A stretch of DNA of 64,000 bases from the NCBI GenBank assembly GCA_028826165.1, contig JAPDFW010000120.1:1-64000 (forward strand), in the 5' to 3' direction. Shown piece by piece: positions 62,802-64,000 of the stretch. The notes under the pieces are model-generated. The model was not told the origin of the DNA, ran no database searches, and was given only the letters and a program-made list of their open reading frames with translations. The DNA comes from Anaeramoeba ignava BMAN. Lineage: Eukaryota; Protista; Anaeramoebae. The number at the start of each line of letters is the position of its first letter. Position 1 is the stretch's first letter. The translations under genes and the position numbers were made by a program.

Positions 62802-64000
62802 ATGATTGCTAGGTAAAAAAAAAAACAACAAAATTTAAAAGGAAAATAAACATAAAATAATTTAAAAAGCAAAAATAAATTTTTTTATATAAAAAAACAT
62901 CAATTTAATTCAAAAAAAAAAAATTATACAAAAATAATAGAAGAGCAAAAAAAAAAATTTCTAAAAAAAGTAAATTTAAAAAAAAATTTTAAATTCAAAT
63001 TATAATTATAATTATAATTATTTTATTTTCAAAAAGGTTCTGTTTGGTTAAATTTAGATTTAAAATGGATTAGAAAAAAACTTCGGTAAAAAATTTACAA
63101 AATAAAATTTAAATTAAAAAATTTATAAAATAAAATTTCAAATAAAAAAAGAATAAGTTCTGGAATATTAAGTTATCAATATGCAAAGAAAACTCAAAAA
63201 ATCAAAATTGATCCATTAACAATATTAACAACATTTTCAAGTGAAGCTTCTAAATATTGTTGTAGAGTAATATTTGGATTACAAAATGAAAAAATTGAAT
63301 TTGGATCTGAAACACAAAAAGATTTGGATGAATGGATTCAAGCTATTCAAGAGTCTCAAATTATTGAAATAGAAAAATTATTTCCTAAAAAGAAAAATTT
63401 AAGTCGTTCACTTTCATTAGATTCTTCACAAATTGGTTCTTCTTTAGTTTTAATTAAAAATGAAACAGAAGTAATTAATTAAAAAGGAAATTATTTTGAA
63501 TTTACATGAAATTTGAAATTAATTGAAATTTATTTTGAATTTACATGAAATTTGAATTTAATTGAAAATTATTTTGAATTTACATGAAATTTGAATTTAA
63601 TTGAAATTTATTTTGAATTTACATGAAATTTGAAATTAATTGAAAATTATTTTGAATTTACATGAAATTTGAAATTTATTTTGAAATTTATTTTTGAATT
63701 AAAATTTTAAATAATTTAGCAAGATAAAATCACTTTTGAACCAAAATATATCAAATTTTCAACAACAGAACTTTTTATTTATCAAGAATTTGAAGGACAA
63801 CCTGAAGAAATTGTAAATTTAATTCGAGAAGACACAGTTATTACAAGACATCCTGATCATAATTTAGCTTTTGAAATTTCAAACGAAGATCAAAATTATT
63901 ATATTATTACTTCATCTCATGCAGAAAAAATGAAATGGGTTCAAAATTTAAATATGATAATTGAAAGATTTAAAAAAATTGAAAAAGAAAATGATGAATC
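62802..64000 (+). CDS. Tandem PH-domain protein, 5' part, with small first exons; runs off window end
   Basis: Spliced frame gives ...SVWLNLDLKWIRKKLRISSGILSY...IEFGSETQKDLDEWIQAIQ and, after intron 63471-63719, ...FEISNEDQNYYIITSSHAEKMKWVQNLN. Both end in the PH C-terminal W helix. Confidence 0.75.
63488..63680. repeat. ~39-40 bp intronic minisatellite, about 5 copies
   Basis: Unit TTATTTTGAATTTACATGAAATTTGAA(A/T)TTAATTGAAA(A/T). Confidence 0.9.

Noticed and set aside
1-64000. tRNA, rRNA, transposase, reverse transcriptase or intein
   Set aside because: None recognised by eye. Small ncRNAs cannot be excluded without tRNAscan-SE or Infernal.

Overview
Very AT-rich, gene-dense, intron-rich eukaryotic (protist) DNA in the standard genetic code. 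An archaeal-type ProRS, TCATTT initiator-like motifs before start codons, expanded tandem-BTB proteins and Pmp-like surface proteins point to a metamonad, probably Anaeramoeba-like (inference). About 26 protein-coding genes can be read. Housekeeping and signalling genes: DHCR24-like oxidoreductase, ArfGAP, thymidylate kinase, MYCBP, NAA38/Mak31, Pol III RPC4, ProRS, eIF3e, a USP, a LisH-RasGEF and a tandem-PH protein. Four tandem-BTB proteins have different N-terminal heads (CBM20-ankyrin, RCC1 twice, CUE-ankyrin). Three single-pass surface receptors are present (one FG-GAP/FN3, two duplicated Pmp-like/EGF/FN3). The standout is a tandem array of five paralogues (18.4-30.7 kb) sharing a ~110-aa basic C-terminal domain I do not recognise, with winged-helix-like spacing. 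It is fused either to acidic-aromatic modules built from duplicated symmetric exons or to very long Q/N tracts, and is a candidate new transcription-factor family. Introns are GT-AG, often end in AAG, and are inflated by G-free hexamer microsatellites; 3-nt and 9-nt microexons are inferred. Many 1-2 nt indels, mostly in homopolymers, break otherwise good genes and are most likely assembly errors. All exon models were built by hand and need RNA-seq confirmation.
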